Shown here in pieces: positions 10,791-24,039 of a stretch of 64,000 nt of DNA. The position numbers and the translations under genes were made by a program. The stretch spans positions 2,235,320 through 2,299,319 of the forward strand of contig ML992501.1 of NCBI GenBank assembly GCA_010093995.1. Reading direction: 5' to 3'. Source of the DNA: Elsinoe ampelina. Lineage: Eukaryota. Below the pieces are notes generated by a model. It did no database searches, was not told the origin of the DNA, and saw only the letters and a program-made list of their open reading frames with translations. Numbering within the stretch: the stretch's first letter is position 1; every line of letters begins with the position of its first letter.

Positions 10791-13355
10791 CTAGCCTTGC
10801 TTATCCCTCCTCTTCTTCGCCTTCCACTCCGCCTTCGCCACCCTCATCAGCAAATCCTCATCCTTGATCGGGATCCAGCTCGTCAACACCTTCATGGCGT
10901 TCTCGAAATCCGAGTCCAGCAAGATATCCCTCGTAGCATCAATCAGCGCCGCGCTAGCAGCGTGCAAAACATCAAGTTCCGCCCCATCAAACCCTTCCTC
11001 CCCTTCCTTGACCACCTTCCCCTCCCCATCCCCCAAAAGCATAAACACATCCCACACCCTCAACTGCGCGGGGAAGGGTATACTCATATTAAACAACGTC
11101 AAATACCACCTCGTCCCATACGCGGTGCCCCCGATCCCCAACTCCTCCAGTTTCGCCTTGACCTCCCCCCTCAACCATCCCCCCTCGAACTCCCCTAACG
11201 CCTCCATCAACCCCCCAAATCCATGCGCGAACAGCTTCTTCAACCCCCTCAACTCCCACAGCCGCACCATCATGACAAACGCCATCTCCTCGTCGAAATA
11301 ACACAGCAACGTCGTCGCCAAACTCGCCATGCCCTGCACGTACCCCGTCTCAGGGAACTTGAGCGCAATGCCATGCAGCACGCGGAACAACAACCTCTGC
11401 CCGCCCCTGTAGCGCTTGCGGAACATGACATGCATCCCGATACTCCGCGGGACATCGACGTCGATCTGGACGTCGTCGGCGCAATTCTCGCCCTGCAGGC
11501 GGTGGAACTCATCGATCAACTCCTCGTCGGTCTCGCCTACGTCGCGTCTCCGCTGGCTTTCGGCAAGGAAAGCGTGCCATGCCGTCGCTCGCCAGCGATC
11601 CGGGATGCCCTTCCACACGCGCCCGACCAGACGCGGATCGTGCACGTCGAAGGTGAAGGCCATGCCGCCTCCTTTGCCTTCTGCGCCGGGTCGGCGTTTG
11701 GCCATGCGTCGCCATTTCTCCTCGCGGGACCATTCGCGTCGGCGCAGCTTCTCGTCGGTGCGTCCGCCGTCTTCGGCTTCGGCAATGGATTCGAGTCCGG
11801 GGGGGAGGGTGAGCATGTCGCTTGCTTGGTCCATGAGGCGGCCGTAGCGGCCTTTGACTTCGAAGAGGGAGGAGCTGGTGCTGCGGAATGAGCGGACGCT
11901 GTTTTGGGTGCGGAGGGAGCGGGCGTCTTTTCCTGCTCCGGGTTTGGGTGGCACGGAGCGGGATGAGCGCTTGGTTGCGACGCTGGGGCCGCGACGGAGA
12001 GTGCGTTTCCTTCGGGGAGTATCGGCGACGATGCGGATGGAGGTGGAGACTCGTTGCATGCTGGATCGGGGAGCTGCTGTGGAAGACGTAGATGGGCGTG
12101 CAGTGGATGGACGATTGGAGCTCGTGGAGGTGCGGGATAGAGTGACGCTGGGCACGATGAAGCCGTAGCGGTCAACATCTCGAGCGGAGATGTCTTCGAA
12201 GTCTTCAATACCACCGGCTACTTCGGTGGAAGTCCGTGGAATCGAGGGAAGGCGGGAACCATTCGAAGGTCGGATGCGAGTTTTGGACGACGTCTTGCGG
12301 TGCTTGGGAATAGCCAGGGATGTGCTGTCTGGTTCGGGTGTTGTTGCTCTTTCTGTCATGGTGGACTCTGGTGTAATTGGCCGTATTGTGTTCTCGACGA
12401 TTGGGGAGGTGGTCCAGTCTGCTGCGTTCTCGTCGCCGTGATCATACATAGATCGCAGGCGAATGGAGTATGAGATCTCTTCTGCAGATAGCACGCGGCC
12501 TCCTTCTATCGCTGCTTGCAGCATGTGTATGCTTGGTTGCCGTCGTCCTGCTTGTAGTCGTTTTGGGCTCTGAGGTATCTCTTCCTGCACCGCAGACACC
12601 TTGGGAACGCTCTCTTGCGGAGCATCCTGTTGTACTTCCGACTTTTGCTCCTGTTCTGGCACTCTGATCTCAGGTAGCTCCGTGCTGCTCTCCTCCTTCT
12701 TCTCCGCCTCCCCGGTCAACAGCCCCTCCCTCTTCCCTCCAAGCAGCACACTCCCCCTGTTCGAGAACTCCAAATTCCCCATTCCACTCAACCCTTCCAG
12801 CTCTCCCTTTGGTATCTCCATGCTTATTCCATGAAATGACCTGATCCTCACGTGCTGCGGCACAGGTGGTGTCTCCTCCCTCTCCCTCTCCTCCAAAGCC
12901 TGCCTGACTTCGTCCGGAACACTCTTCTTCCTCAAGCGATTCTGCGCGGGCGAGCCACTCAGCCGTCGAAGTGAGGGCGACTTGCGTAGTGAGCTGAGCG
13001 TGCCCCTAGACGGCTGCCGAGGAAGTTCCGCTGGAGGTACAGCAGGAGCAACAACACCCGAGTTGCGCGCCCCGGCGTAGTCCTCGAAACGGGCGGTCGA
13101 GTGACTTCGCTCGATGGCCGAGTCGCGCTTGTCACTTGCGTGGGAATCCGGTGACCCAGCGAGGAGAGATGGGGACGTTTCTGGAGTCGTGGGCTTCGCG
13201 GGGAGAGTTGAGTGTTTGGACGAAGGGGGGGTGGTCGGCGTCGGGGTCTGGACTGCTGCTTGCGTGCGGAGAGACTTTAGCAAGTTAAAGTCATAAGGCG
13301 TTGGAGGTCTGTCGGCCGAGTCTGTTTTGCGAGTTGAGATGGTTTCGACGTCCAT
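10791..13355 (-). CDS. TBC-domain Rab GTPase-activating protein
   Basis: 854-aa ORF. C-terminal RVWKGIPDRWRATAW, QIDVDVPRS (Arg finger), GYVQGM (Gln finger), TRWYLTLF, LRVWDVF. Long disordered N-terminus containing DRYGF. Confidence 0.92.
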   Translation of the reverse strand: MDVETISTRKTDSADRPPTPYDFNLLKSLRTQAAVQTPTPTTPPSSKHSTLPAKPTTPETSPSLLAGSPDSHASDKRDSAIERSHSTARFEDYAGARNSGVVAPAVPPAELPRQPSRGTLSSLRKSPSLRRLSGSPAQNRLRKKSVPDEVRQALEEREREETPPVPQHVRIRSFHGISMEIPKGELEGLSGMGNLEFSNRGSVLLGGKREGLLTGEAEKKEESSTELPEIRVPEQEQKSEVQQDAPQESVPKVSAVQEEIPQSPKRLQAGRRQPSIHMLQAAIEGGRVLSAEEISYSIRLRSMYDHGDENAADWTTSPIVENTIRPITPESTMTERATTPEPDSTSLAIPKHRKTSSKTRIRPSNGSRLPSIPRTSTEVAGGIEDFEDISARDVDRYGFIVPSVTLSRTSTSSNRPSTARPSTSSTAAPRSSMQRVSTSIRIVADTPRRKRTLRRGPSVATKRSSRSVPPKPGAGKDARSLRTQNSVRSFRSTSSSLFEVKGRYGRLMDQASDMLTLPPGLESIAEAEDGGRTDEKLRRREWSREEKWRRMAKRRPGAEGKGGGMAFTFDVHDPRLVGRVWKGIPDRWRATAWHAFLAESQRRRDVGETDEELIDEFHRLQGENCADDVQIDVDVPRSIGMHVMFRKRYRGGQRLLFRVLHGIALKFPETGYVQGMASLATTLLCYFDEEMAFVMMVRLWELRGLKKLFAHGFGGLMEALGEFEGGWLRGEVKAKLEELGIGGTAYGTRWYLTLFNMSIPFPAQLRVWDVFMLLGDGEGKVVKEGEEGFDGAELDVLHAASAALIDATRDILLDSDFENAMKVLTSWIPIKDEDLLMRVAKAEWKAKKRRDKQG

Positions 13356-14170
13356 GGCTGGCCGATGTGAGGTGCCCCTGTCTGTGCTGCGAGGGCGGGT
13401 TGTCGTAGGTCAAATACACGTTCATCTGGCCAGCTGGGCTGAGGGGATTGCTCGGGCTCGTTCAGCCGGCGTCGAATTCAGCTGATTGAAGCGAGCACGT
13501 TGAGGCCGTAGAACAGGAGGCTGTCCGGGCTGAAGTTGTAAACGGATGGGGAGAGGCATGACCTTTGCTCCAGAGTGGGCTCAAAAGCAATTGCTGGTCC
13601 TGTTCCTGAGCATTGGTCATGTTCGCAGACGGCTTGTGCGAGTCTATCACAAATAAAGTCGCACTAGCTGGAGCCGAAGCAGCCCCTGGAAATTGCAACC
13701 GAAGATCTGGTTGCGGGCATGCTCCAATTGGGAAATGTCTTTGATTTGCTCTGCCAAAACAGTTCACCTCGTGCGGTGCGAGCACAGGTGCAAGATTATT
13801 ATGGAGCAGCACTCGGAGAGCAGCGTCGTCCGCCATGAAAGCTGAGCTTCTGCAGCATTTGACAGTCACGCCCACAACGTTGACAGCAATCTCACAAGCT
13901 TCAGATTCTTCGCTACACTCGATGACAGAAAACGAGAACATTTCATCGTCCGACGCATGACTGAACAATGCATCGCTTCGTAATACCCTATGCAGATGTA
14001 AAAGCAGTCGCTGATCGTAAGCATTGCGCCATGTGCAATTTCAAAGACCTTCTCATCATCCCCAATGCCATCTCTCCCTGCAAAGCGTTTTATTATTATG
14101 GACACGGCTCGTTCTTCAGCTCTGCCTGATGACTGCAAGAGCAAGCAGTCACGTCGAATCGTCCTTCTCT

Positions 14171-15037
14171 TCAAAGCCCTAGCTTAGCCTTCTTGATCCT
14201 GGGAACGATACCCACAAGGACCAGCACACTGCTGACCACGAGAGCCCACAGCTGCATCTTCAACACGTTCTCGTTGAAACCAGTGTATGTAGCCGCGCAG
14301 ACCGTGGCCAGCAACAGCGTCAGCACCAGATATCCCGACCACCTATGGTATTTGTACAAGCTCTTTGCGTTGTCCACGCTCCCATACAGGCCAGGCAAGA
14401 AGTACATGGTCGCTCCGACAAAGGCTTGTATGCCAATGAGAATGTAGGTGGTCAGACCTAGGATGGCATGAGGTGAGACAAAGTGCTCTCCGTCATGGTC
14501 GAACTTGTTGTACTCGATCACTACCAGGCCAGCGATGGCGGAGAGGACGGCGATGTTGTTGAAGCCCGAGTGCCAGTATGTGCCAATACGTTTCTGGTCT
14601 TTCGTAGCTGTCGGTTGTACGACCAGTATTGCTTGGACGAAAAAGACTACCGCGGCCGAGTTGAGTAGCTGTCATGGCTGTCAGCGGAGCCTGTGGAAAG
14701 AGACGGGTGACATACAGGATGCGCTGAGAAGAGCATCAGGTCATTCGAAAAGACTGCTCCCCATACTATAGCTGCCAGCTGAGGGGTGATGTCAACAAGC
14801 TGCTATGAGCTGTAGACCACAAGTACTCACAACCCATACACCCGCCTGCGTAATGACCGCTGTGCCTGCACAATCGTATCAGTACCCTCTCCTCCATGTC
14901 AAACACGTGTGAAACCCACCCAACACCAAATTGTTCAACACCGACTGCTGCGGCGGCTGCGTAGCATCTCCCGGCCTTCCCAGCAGCGGCTCCTGCTCTG
15001 TGCTAATCGTCTGCTGCCCTTGCTCTTCGTAAGACAT
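14171..15037 (-). CDS. Cytochrome b561 family membrane protein (multi-exon)
   Basis: ATG at 15037 (MSYEEQGQQTISTEQEPLLG...). Spliced His-bearing TM helices FSAHP-LLN, YWHSGFN, HFVSPHAILG, YKYHRWSGY. Confidence 0.8.
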
Positions 15038-15682
15038 TACTGCGGCGTAGCTGTTTCAAACAAGAGATCTCCAAAGAGCTAGAAAACTCAAAGACAAAAG
15101 AAGAACCAACGGCAAGAAAACCCCCTCCAGTCCACGACCGCCCGTGGATGACTTCGCGCAAACGACAGAAAAGGTGGGGGTCCCAACAATGGCGTGTCCA
15201 AATGGTGTCGTATTTTTCCCTTCCGATGCAGCCGCAGTGCAAGATCTATAATTTATTATCAGATTGGGACGGGGCGACGCGTCGTGATTGGCTACAGCAC
15301 AGTTCGCAGGCGGGATGGAATGGCAGATGATGTGGTCGTGGGCAAATCACAGGGCGGGGATTGTCAGCTGCTGGTCACGGAGCGACGGGGGTGCGGAGAA
15401 GGTTCTGTCGTCATGAAGTGAGGCTGCAGGATATGGCGTGGTTTGGATGTGAGATCTCTGGCGTGGAATGCGATTGTGCATCAGAGTGGTTCGTGAAGAG
15501 GGTCCGAGTTGCCATATTGATGCCTGGGATGGGAGCAAGAGTGCAGACAAGTGGATAGTGCCGGGAGAAATTCAAATGAGCATTTTGATGCGCTACATCG
15601 CTGGTGAAAATATTACAAAATGAAATAGGTGGTATCTAGGGCGCCTCCCGGGCAAAATCAACAAACATGTTCCAATCGGGCT

Positions 15683-17450
15683 CTACGAAGATCCACGCTC
15701 GACCTTCTCGTATGCCTCGGCGTGACGGTCGCCGGCGACGCCGTTGTGCTGCTCCCCTGAAGCGCTTCCGCTATCGCTTGGCTCCTTGCCCTCGAGCATT
15801 TGGCTGTGCTGGGGAATACCGTGGCGGTCGCCAACTGGCACGCTGTGGTCGTTGCCAGCCTGGTCGGCCTTTGCGGGAGTCCAGGCAAGGTAGTCACGGC
15901 GCACCTCAACGTAGTCGTAAGCGAACTCGCCCATCTGGTCGTCGTCCATACCGAGAAGCTCGGCCTCGTCAGAAGCGCGGAGCTTGAGGCCAGGGATCTT
16001 GTCGATGGCGAAGGCGATGAGAGCAGACACGACGAAGGCCCAGCCGGAGCAGGCGCAGATGTAAGCAATCTGGATGTAGAGCTGCTTGTAGTTCTGGTCG
16101 AGGAAACCATCATATGGCAGACCAGTGTTGACGCCGTCGAGACCAACAATGTAGCTGGCGCCAAAGAACGCGTTGAAGATCAATCCAACAATACCGGCGA
16201 TACCGTGCTCAGCGAAGACATCCATGGAGTCATCGATCTTGATCCAGTACTTGACTGTGATGCTGTTAGCATTCTGTTTGATTCATGTCAAATCCGTGTT
16301 CACTCACTCTTGGTGGAGAAGTTGGCAACGATACCAGTGACGATACCGAGGATGACGGAGGCCCAGGGAGGGATGAAACCGGAGGCAGGTGTAGCGGCGA
16401 CAAGACCGGAAATGGTGCCAGAGCACCAACCGACCATAGACCACTTGCGGGCGAGTCTCCAATCGAGCAGGACCCAGGTGATGGCAGCGAACATGGCAGT
16501 CAAATTGCTGTTCCAGCAGGCCATGACAGCGCGAAGGTTGGCACCGAAAGCGGATCCACCATTGAAGCCGAGCCAGCCAAACCAGAGGAAGACAGTGCCG
16601 AGAGTGATGAGGGATACGTTGTGTGGACGGAAGTTCAACATCATCTTTTCCTGGCGTCTGCCTAAAACCATGGAGTAGGCAAGCGCAGACATACCAGACC
16701 CGATCTCGACAGGGCCTCCGCCGGCGTAGTCGAGGACACCGTAGTTGAACGCCCAACCGTTGATGTTCCATACCCAGCAGGCAATCGGGCAGTAGACGAG
16801 AGTGGCCCAGAAGAAGGTGAAAACCATGGCTGGGATCAGACGACCGCGCTCAGCAACGGCACCCATGATGATGGCAGCTGTGACGGCGCAGAATTGCATC
16901 TGTTCATCAGGTTAGAGCTTGCTCGATCTCTTTCCTCAAGCACTACTGACCTGGTAGAAAGCGTAGAGAAGATCCGGGACAAGGGGACTGCCCTGGCTGG
17001 GCATGGCGAGTGTGTTCATGAGACCGAATTTCTTGAGATCACCAATGAATCCGTTGGTCGCGTACTGGCTGAATGCCAGAGAGTAGCCCCAGAAGTACCA
17101 TTGGAAAGTGATGACCGAGAGCGAACCCATGCATGCCCAGAGCATGCTCAGGGCAGATTTACGACGGGCTAGACCAGAGTAAAGGAAACCGAGACCTGGC
17201 ACCATTACCAACACCATCGCCGAGGAGACGAGAATGTAGGCCTGGTCGCCAGATTGGAACCATTGATTCAAGTTTTCAGTCGCTGTAGAGATTTGTTAGT
17301 CAATCTTGTCGTGTGATTTCGAGACTCGCGAGCAATTCAAGACTGTCGTCGCCGTCATGATGTGAAAGTATGATACATACTGGAATCACCTCCGAGATCG
17401 GGATTGGTGCCATTGAACTCGGTCGGCGCACCGACGAAAGCGTACGACAT
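15683..17450 (-). CDS. Ammonium transporter, Amt/Mep family (4 exons)
   Basis: ATG at 17450 (MSYAFVGAPTEFNGTNPDLGGDS). Motifs MVPGLGFLYSGLARRKS, GAVAERGR, LDYAGGGPVE, FLWFGWLGFNGGS, GLVAATPASG, DVFAEHGIAG, GMDDDQMGEFAYDY. Glu in GPVE suggests the Mep1/MeaA-like subtype. Confidence 0.95.
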
Positions 17451-17602
17451 GATTGCTGATTCTCCGCAGTGTCGTTAAGAGAAGAAGGACCGTCTTCACA
17501 AACAGAAAAGACCTCGTAGGTGTCGAGTAGGGCGGGAAAATAAACGACGACCACGACTGATCTTCGCGAACGGCGGAGGGTACGAGATGTACTTAAAGGA
17601 CC

Positions 17603-18615
17603 CGATAAAGATTAAAAGCACGGGCGAGACCAAAGCTAAGGGCACCACCCACAGGCCGGTCGATTGGGGTTCAGCGGGTCCTGGTTTGGGTAAAGGCCAA
17701 TGATGCCTGGCTCTCTCGGAGCTGTCGCGTGGTCTCTGCTTGAGGCAAAGGGAGAAAGAAAAGTACGGCACTCTAACGGGAGGGAACGGGTGTAGAGGGA
17801 GACGCAAAGGTTATATCAGATTTCCATGACCGTTTTCTCGTACGTCAATAGATAGCAGCGCTGAGCACTCCTCATCAATCCCTCCCACCACTAGAGAGGA
17901 GCCACAATGGGGCCTCGCATCAGATCGAACTGTGCTTCCTCAGAGATATCCCTGCTCGCGTGGCCCGGTGCATCGAAACCCCACGGACCGCCGCAATTAG
18001 AGCTGTCTTCGTGGTGGAATTTTCCTTATCTACGCCGCTTGCCAAGACGTTTGAGCCATTTCAGAGACACCCATTCGGCGCCGCAGCGTGGATCGTATTT
18101 TTGTTCTTTCTCCTCTGCCGTTGCCTCAACACGCTAGGATGAGCTTGGCAGAGTTCGTGCGTATGATGAGTGGATCGATCGCATATGGTGGTACCACTGT
18201 AAGCCCATGGGGTGGTCTACATCCCTATCCTATTGTTATGCGACAGGAACAGCAGAGGAGGCAAAGTACTCCTTCACGTATGGCAGCCCGTCATTTGACC
18301 ATTCGGCTGACTGCTGTGCTACATTGACAGAGAGCCCTAAAGTGCCAACGTGATGGCATTTGGCCCACGTTGCAGGGGCTCCCTGTGACAAACACGGCAC
18401 TCGTTCCATGCACTGTCAGCATGGCTCAAACTCGCTTCAAAGGATGTGATCGTCTACAGTCTCGATGGTGGATACTGATACGCGCCGCCGAGTCGCTTGT
18501 GGCACATCCAATTCCAATTGTCATGGACGCATTTCCTGACGACGTTATCAGAGGACGTCGAGATAAGTCGAGTGAAATCAAGACCGTGATTGGCTGGCTG
18601 AAATCGAAAAGATAA
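17603..18615. promoter_or_regulatory. Possible AreA/NIT2 GATA sites upstream of the ammonium transporter
   Basis: HGATAR matches at about 17603, 17850, 18026, 18545, 18561 and 18610. Nitrogen-catabolite control of Mep genes is established, but the enrichment over chance is modest. Confidence 0.3.
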
Positions 18616-19415
18616 GAGCTCGTCCAGAAGAGCCTAGCGTCCCAACCTGTTGGCTCCGAGGTCTCGAGGCAGGAACCCCGGTCCGTAACTGCCACAGCCC
18701 ACCGACATCGGCCGGGCCCACTTTGAGGCGCATCATGACATGTGCCAACGACTGACGTCGGGGGGAAAGTTTCATCCTCAACCACATTCGGTCGTCTTCC
18801 GGGAAGAATCCGGAATACTTGCCGGCAGTCAGTCTTCAACGGTCTCAAACATGCCACGAGTAGAGACAGAGCAGAAAGGAGTTTGGCTGGTGGGGTCAAA
18901 AGTAAACTGCACAGGTACCTAAAGCGCCTCGTGGTTCCTGCGCCAGAAACTTCCGATCATGCAGATGGTGCAGGATTGATATCGACGACACTCTATGATT
19001 GGACAGCACGACCACGACATCATTAGCCTTCATGCGAAGCATAGGCGAAGAAACCCACGATCTCCGCGGACCAGAGTACTGGGCCCCCACGCGGTCCACA
19101 GGTAACGCAAACATCCATGTGCACTGTAGATTGTGGCGCGAGTCAATGTGACCTCGAGCCTTGCTTCCATTCAAACGGGAAAACGTAATCGTCTCCTGTC
19201 CGTGGCTATTCTGATCCCTGTACGCCTTGATATTGCTCCTTGAGCATGCATGCACCGTCGCCGGCGCGGGTATCTTACAAACAACGCAAATGAAGTGGTG
19301 ATCGTGGTCGAAAATAGAACCTCCTGCTGCGCAAGTGGTCATCCTGTCCCAGATCACCGGGACTCCCTTCCCGTTCAACGCCCAGAATGAGATCTGCCCT
19401 TACTTCTTGGTAAAT

Positions 19416-21700
19416 CTACGTGCCGTTCTGTTGGTGTCCGTGTCCGTAGTGCTGTAGGAAAGCTTGAAGTGCGGCAGACTGATCATGACCCGCCTGAGCT
19501 TGGCCTTGAGGATACTGGCCGTACGGGTGGTATCCGTGCTGACTCTGAGCGGCGAACTGCTGACCTTGCTGCTGGCCTTGGTAGTATTGACCTTGAGAAT
19601 ACGGATCCTGCTGACGCTGTCCGGCGTATTGCTGGCCTTGATACTGCTGAGCTGGAGGCTGCTGCTGAGCTCCAGCCCAAGCATTGGCGTACGGCATGGC
19701 AGGAGCCGATCCAGTATGGTGTTGAGCATATCCCGGAGCGGAGTACGCTGGAGCCTGCTGCTGGTAGACGGAAGGACTTGGTGTCTGCTGGTATGCATGG
19801 GGCCAACCCGGAGGGGGAGGAGGAAGGTATTTGAGAGCCTCAGGATCGATCCGGGAGCCAGGCGGAGGCGGTGGGATGATGGCAGGGTGGCCAGCATATA
19901 ACTGAGCTGTAGGGACTGGGTTGCTTGGGCCACCACCAGTGTTATAGCCGGGGTTGTAAGTTCCGCCACGATTATTGCTCGAGTTATAGCTACCTCCTCG
20001 TCCTCTGCCACCACGACCTCCAGAGTCTTTCCCATGACCGCCACGACCCCTACCTCGACCACGGCCTCCACGACCACTATCCGAGCCTCCTCTACCACCA
20101 GGGGCGCCAGGGTAATTGTCCGGACGGACCAGTGGTGTGTACATCTCGTCACCGTCCGAATCATCCTCGTACTTGATTAAGTAACGCTCCGGTTTGATGT
20201 CGGTCTCCGCGTCCCCGTCGTAATTGCGCCCAGCATGGCCGTAGCTGCGACGCTCATCGCCATCGTCTCTAGCCGGCATGTATTGTTCCAAGAAGTCACG
20301 ACGAGTCGCCTGTTTGTGATTGAGCTTCTTGTACTTCTTCCAAGCAGACTCTTTTTCGTCGTCGGAGAATTCCTGTTCGTCCTCTGGCAGCTCTTCGTCG
20401 TGTATATTGGACGCGTCCGTCCCTTTCAGACCGCGCAGGGGCTCTGTGAAGACAAAGGTAGAGTGTTTCTCGACGTAGAATATCTTGGTGTCTTTCTTGA
20501 TGCCCATGTCCTCCATTTCCTGCTTGTTCGTGAAGGCGACTGTGTATCTTGGATCTGTGACTCTACCAATAGCCTCCATGACCGCGCCGATAATGGTTCG
20601 GTTCTCCAGGCAGAGCGCTGAGCCTGACTCCACGACTCTGAATTCGCCCGAAGTAAAGGCTTTGACGACCGCAATGTTGTCCACGCTGAGCTCTACCAGT
20701 CCCAGAGGTACGATGCGCATGTCCGGTGTGAGAGTAATGTCTGGTTTGGCAATGATCTCGTCTGGCTTCTCGTTCTTGGTCATGAGGCCGCTTTTGTTGC
20801 CGCCGCCCGCGTTAATCTGTCCATCCTCGTCATTCTCGTGCTCGCCAGCCATAAGCATTTTCGCGATAGTGGCGGGGTCGAGCTTCTCGTATTCATCACC
20901 GGCTTCATCACTCTCGTCGCTCGAGGAGTCGCTTGATGAGTCTGAGGTATCCATGGCATCGTCGGATGAGTCTAGCTCCCATTCCGCTTCAGGGTTGTTC
21001 TTGTTGGCTGCACCAGCTTCGAGGAATTCTCTATCAGGCGTGACCACATTTTTGCTTCCAGTTCCATGCTCTTGCTTGCCGATCGTGGGTTCCTCGTCAG
21101 ACTACGGGCGCAAATTTTGTCAGCAAGCAGGTTCCCTCTTCTTTGCAGGGGCAAGTTTACCTGATTCTTCCCTGAAGATACCTCACCATCGGTCTTCGCG
21201 CTCACAGTTGGTCCGGCAAAATCCTTCATCATTAGGTCGAAATCTCCAGGTGAGGGTGTCGGTGTGTCTGGCAGAGCGATTGGTATCTTAGCAGTACCAT
21301 TCGTCATAGTCTGATCGTCGGGAAGTGTTGAGGTCTGAGCATTCTCCTTAGGTGGCAGCTTCTCCAGTAGTTCCGCGGGATCCATGGGAGTGATTGAGGC
21401 ATTCTCGGCGGCGGGCAAAGCGGCGGCGTGGGGGGCATTGGCTTGCGAGGTCACACACTTACCATCTACACTGTTTGAGGCCTCTTTATGAGCCACATTC
21501 TCCTCCACAGATGCGGCATTGATCTCCTTCTTCTGATTTGCAGCAGCCACAGCAGGTGTTGCAATCTCGGTTGGTGGATCACTGTTGACTTGTTCGTGGT
21601 TGGAAGTGTTCGCCTTCTTGCTTGCTTCGAGCAATGCGTCGGACTCTGCGTATATCTCGTCGAACTCGTCAAAATCGTCCGCCATGACTGCATCAGACAT
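19416..21700 (-). CDS. NAF1: H/ACA snoRNP assembly factor Naf1 (Gar1/Naf1 domain)
   Basis: GSALCLENRTIIGAVMEAIGRVTDPRYTVAF...KGTDASNIHDEE...EFSDDEKE, acidic Ser tract, RGG boxes, Pro/Gln C-terminus. One intron near 21105-21160 joins ORFs 20972-21700 and 19416-21047. Confidence 0.9.
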
Positions 21701-21953
21701 AGTTGCTGTCGAGTCAAGTGTGAACGAGTGGAATATGGTAGAAAGTGAAGTTGGAGAAATGACGGATGATTATTTTTTTTCTGAGATGCGGCGACGCGAA
21801 GCTTTCGTGCGGGGAAATGATCGACAGTCTCTGGCGGGCTAGCGCGGATCTCCCGTCGCCCTTTTCGGACGCAGTTCAGGCCAGCTAGATATAGATCTTG
21901 TTGCTCAACACTTTGCTATTGACTCTGCACAACAAACAATCGGTGGCGAGACT

Positions 21954-24039
21954 ATGCAGCGTCCTGCTTTCCGGCAGAAGTACGCTGGATACAATCAGAA
22001 CAAGCAAGGCACTGGAGAGTACTCGAATAATGCTGTCAATCAGTCAGCACCAAGACAAAGCTATGTCGTCAACCCCAAGATGACACAGGAGGAGATCCAG
22101 CAACAAAGCAACGAAGAATCCAGAGCTGGCAGAGAAAGGTCAAAGTTTATGAGGACAGAGATCTTCAAGAATGCGTGCGTGTACCAACAACCTGAAAGCT
22201 AAATTCTGTAGTAGTCCTGACGCCCCCTAGTGAGAAACGACGAGACTTTACCTTCTACTACTTCAAGCCGTGGCAAGTCTTTGTTGCTTTTGCGGTGATC
22301 AACACAATCGCCGCTGTCTACTCGCCCATACAAGATTGCGATGAAGTCTTCAATTTCTGGGACCCGACGCATTACCTCAACTACGGATATGGCTTTGAGA
22401 CCTGGGAGTACTCCCCTGAATTTGCCATTAGAACATGGGTTTATCCAGGTCTCAATGCTATCATTGTATTCTTTGGACGGGTGCTTGCATTCTTTGCGTC
22501 GAAATCGTTTCAGTTCTATCTATTACGATTCGTCCTGGGCTTGTCCTGTGCCGTTTGTGAAACACGTCTTTATACGGAGATATGCCGGGTGCTTCACGCT
22601 CGAGTAGGACTATACTTCGCAATCATCATGATCACCAGCCCGGGCATGTTCCATGCGTCAGTGGCACTCTTACCATCCAGCTTCGCAATGTACACGACTA
22701 TGCTCGGCATGGCCTCATTCCTGGATTGGAGAGGGGGTCCCAACACCGCCTGGGCGATCTTCTGGTTTGGTCTCGGAAGCACTATCGGCTGGCCCTTTGC
22801 AGGCGCTCTGATAGCACCCTTCATGCTCGAGGAATTTATCGTGGTCATCACTGCGGGCGAATGGCAGGATCTTGGCATCAGAACACTGTATGGATTCACT
22901 CGCGTAGCGGTCGCTGCCTTCTTCCAATTCTTCGTTGATCTGGCTTTCTACCACAAGTACGTCTACTTTCCCTGGAACATCGTCAAATACAATGTGCTCT
23001 CGGCAGTCTCTGGCAAGGGTCCAAACATATTTGGTACAGAGCCGTGGCATTTCTACATCCGCAATCTTCTCATCAACTTCAACCTCTGGTTTCTCATTGG
23101 CCTACTTGCCATGCCACTTCTGTTCTACCAGGAGTTTATCTATCGCAAGCCAGCGACAAAGACTTCCTACATTCGAAACTTCACCTTTGCAACTCCCATG
23201 TACATGTGGTTGGTTATATTCACCATTCAACCTCACAAGGAAGAACGCTTCATGTATCCAATATATCCAGCAATCGCCCTCAATGCAGCTTTGGCGTTGC
23301 ACGTCTCTCTCATTCATTTGAGCTCTTCCGGCGGATCATCTGTGGTTAGCATCATTCCAGCTCGTTTTCGTGTGCTCATAGCAGCTGCTTTCACCATCAC
23401 TGCCGCCCTGCTTGGAGCATCTCGCACTCTTGGAAACGTGCAAGGCTACGGCGCACCACTCAGTGTATACAAGCCGTTGCACAAACCTGGATTCACTCAC
23501 CCACATGACACAGTCTGTCTCGGTAAAGAGTGGTATCGCTTCCCCTCGTCCTTTCATCTCCCCCAGGGCGTCAAGGGGAAGTTCGTCAAGTCTGCATTCG
23601 ACGGTCTTCTTCCAGGACACTTCAGCGAAGCACACGTTGGTGGCTTTGGTCTGTTCCCAGGCGCCTGGCTCATCCCACCCGGCATGAACGACGAGAACAG
23701 AGAAGATCTCGGAAAATACGTAAGTGAATGATCAGGAGCATCGTTTCCAAAGGCAAGACTGACAACGTCCAGACCCAAGAAGACCACTGCACCTTCTTTG
23801 TAGACTCGAGCCTTCCAGGCGTCCCGGCCTCTGGTCTCGAGCCAGACCGCGTCCACGATACGGACAACTACGAGCAGGTCTACTGCGAACTCTTCCTTGA
23901 TCCTGTCAAGACGGGAACGCTAGCTAGACTGCTCTGGGTACCGGACTGGGATATCATACCTGAGCAGTACCGCAGGAAGTGGGGCAAGTACTGTCTCTTG
24001 AAGCGCAAGGGCAAAGTCATTGTGGACGAGGATGACTAG
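21954..24039 (+). CDS. ALG9: Dol-P-Man-dependent alpha-1,2-mannosyltransferase (GT22)
   Basis: IQDCDEVFNFWDPTHYL, ETWEYSPEFAIR, LPSSFAMY, QPHKEERFMYP, CLGKEWYRFPSSF, GMNDENRE. Introns near 22175-22230 and 23720-23773. Confidence 0.93.

Noticed and set aside
13462..14174. 168-aa and 102-aa ORFs between the TBC and cytochrome b561 genes
   Set aside because: No motifs; they occupy the expected TBC promoter/5' UTR and b561 3' UTR.
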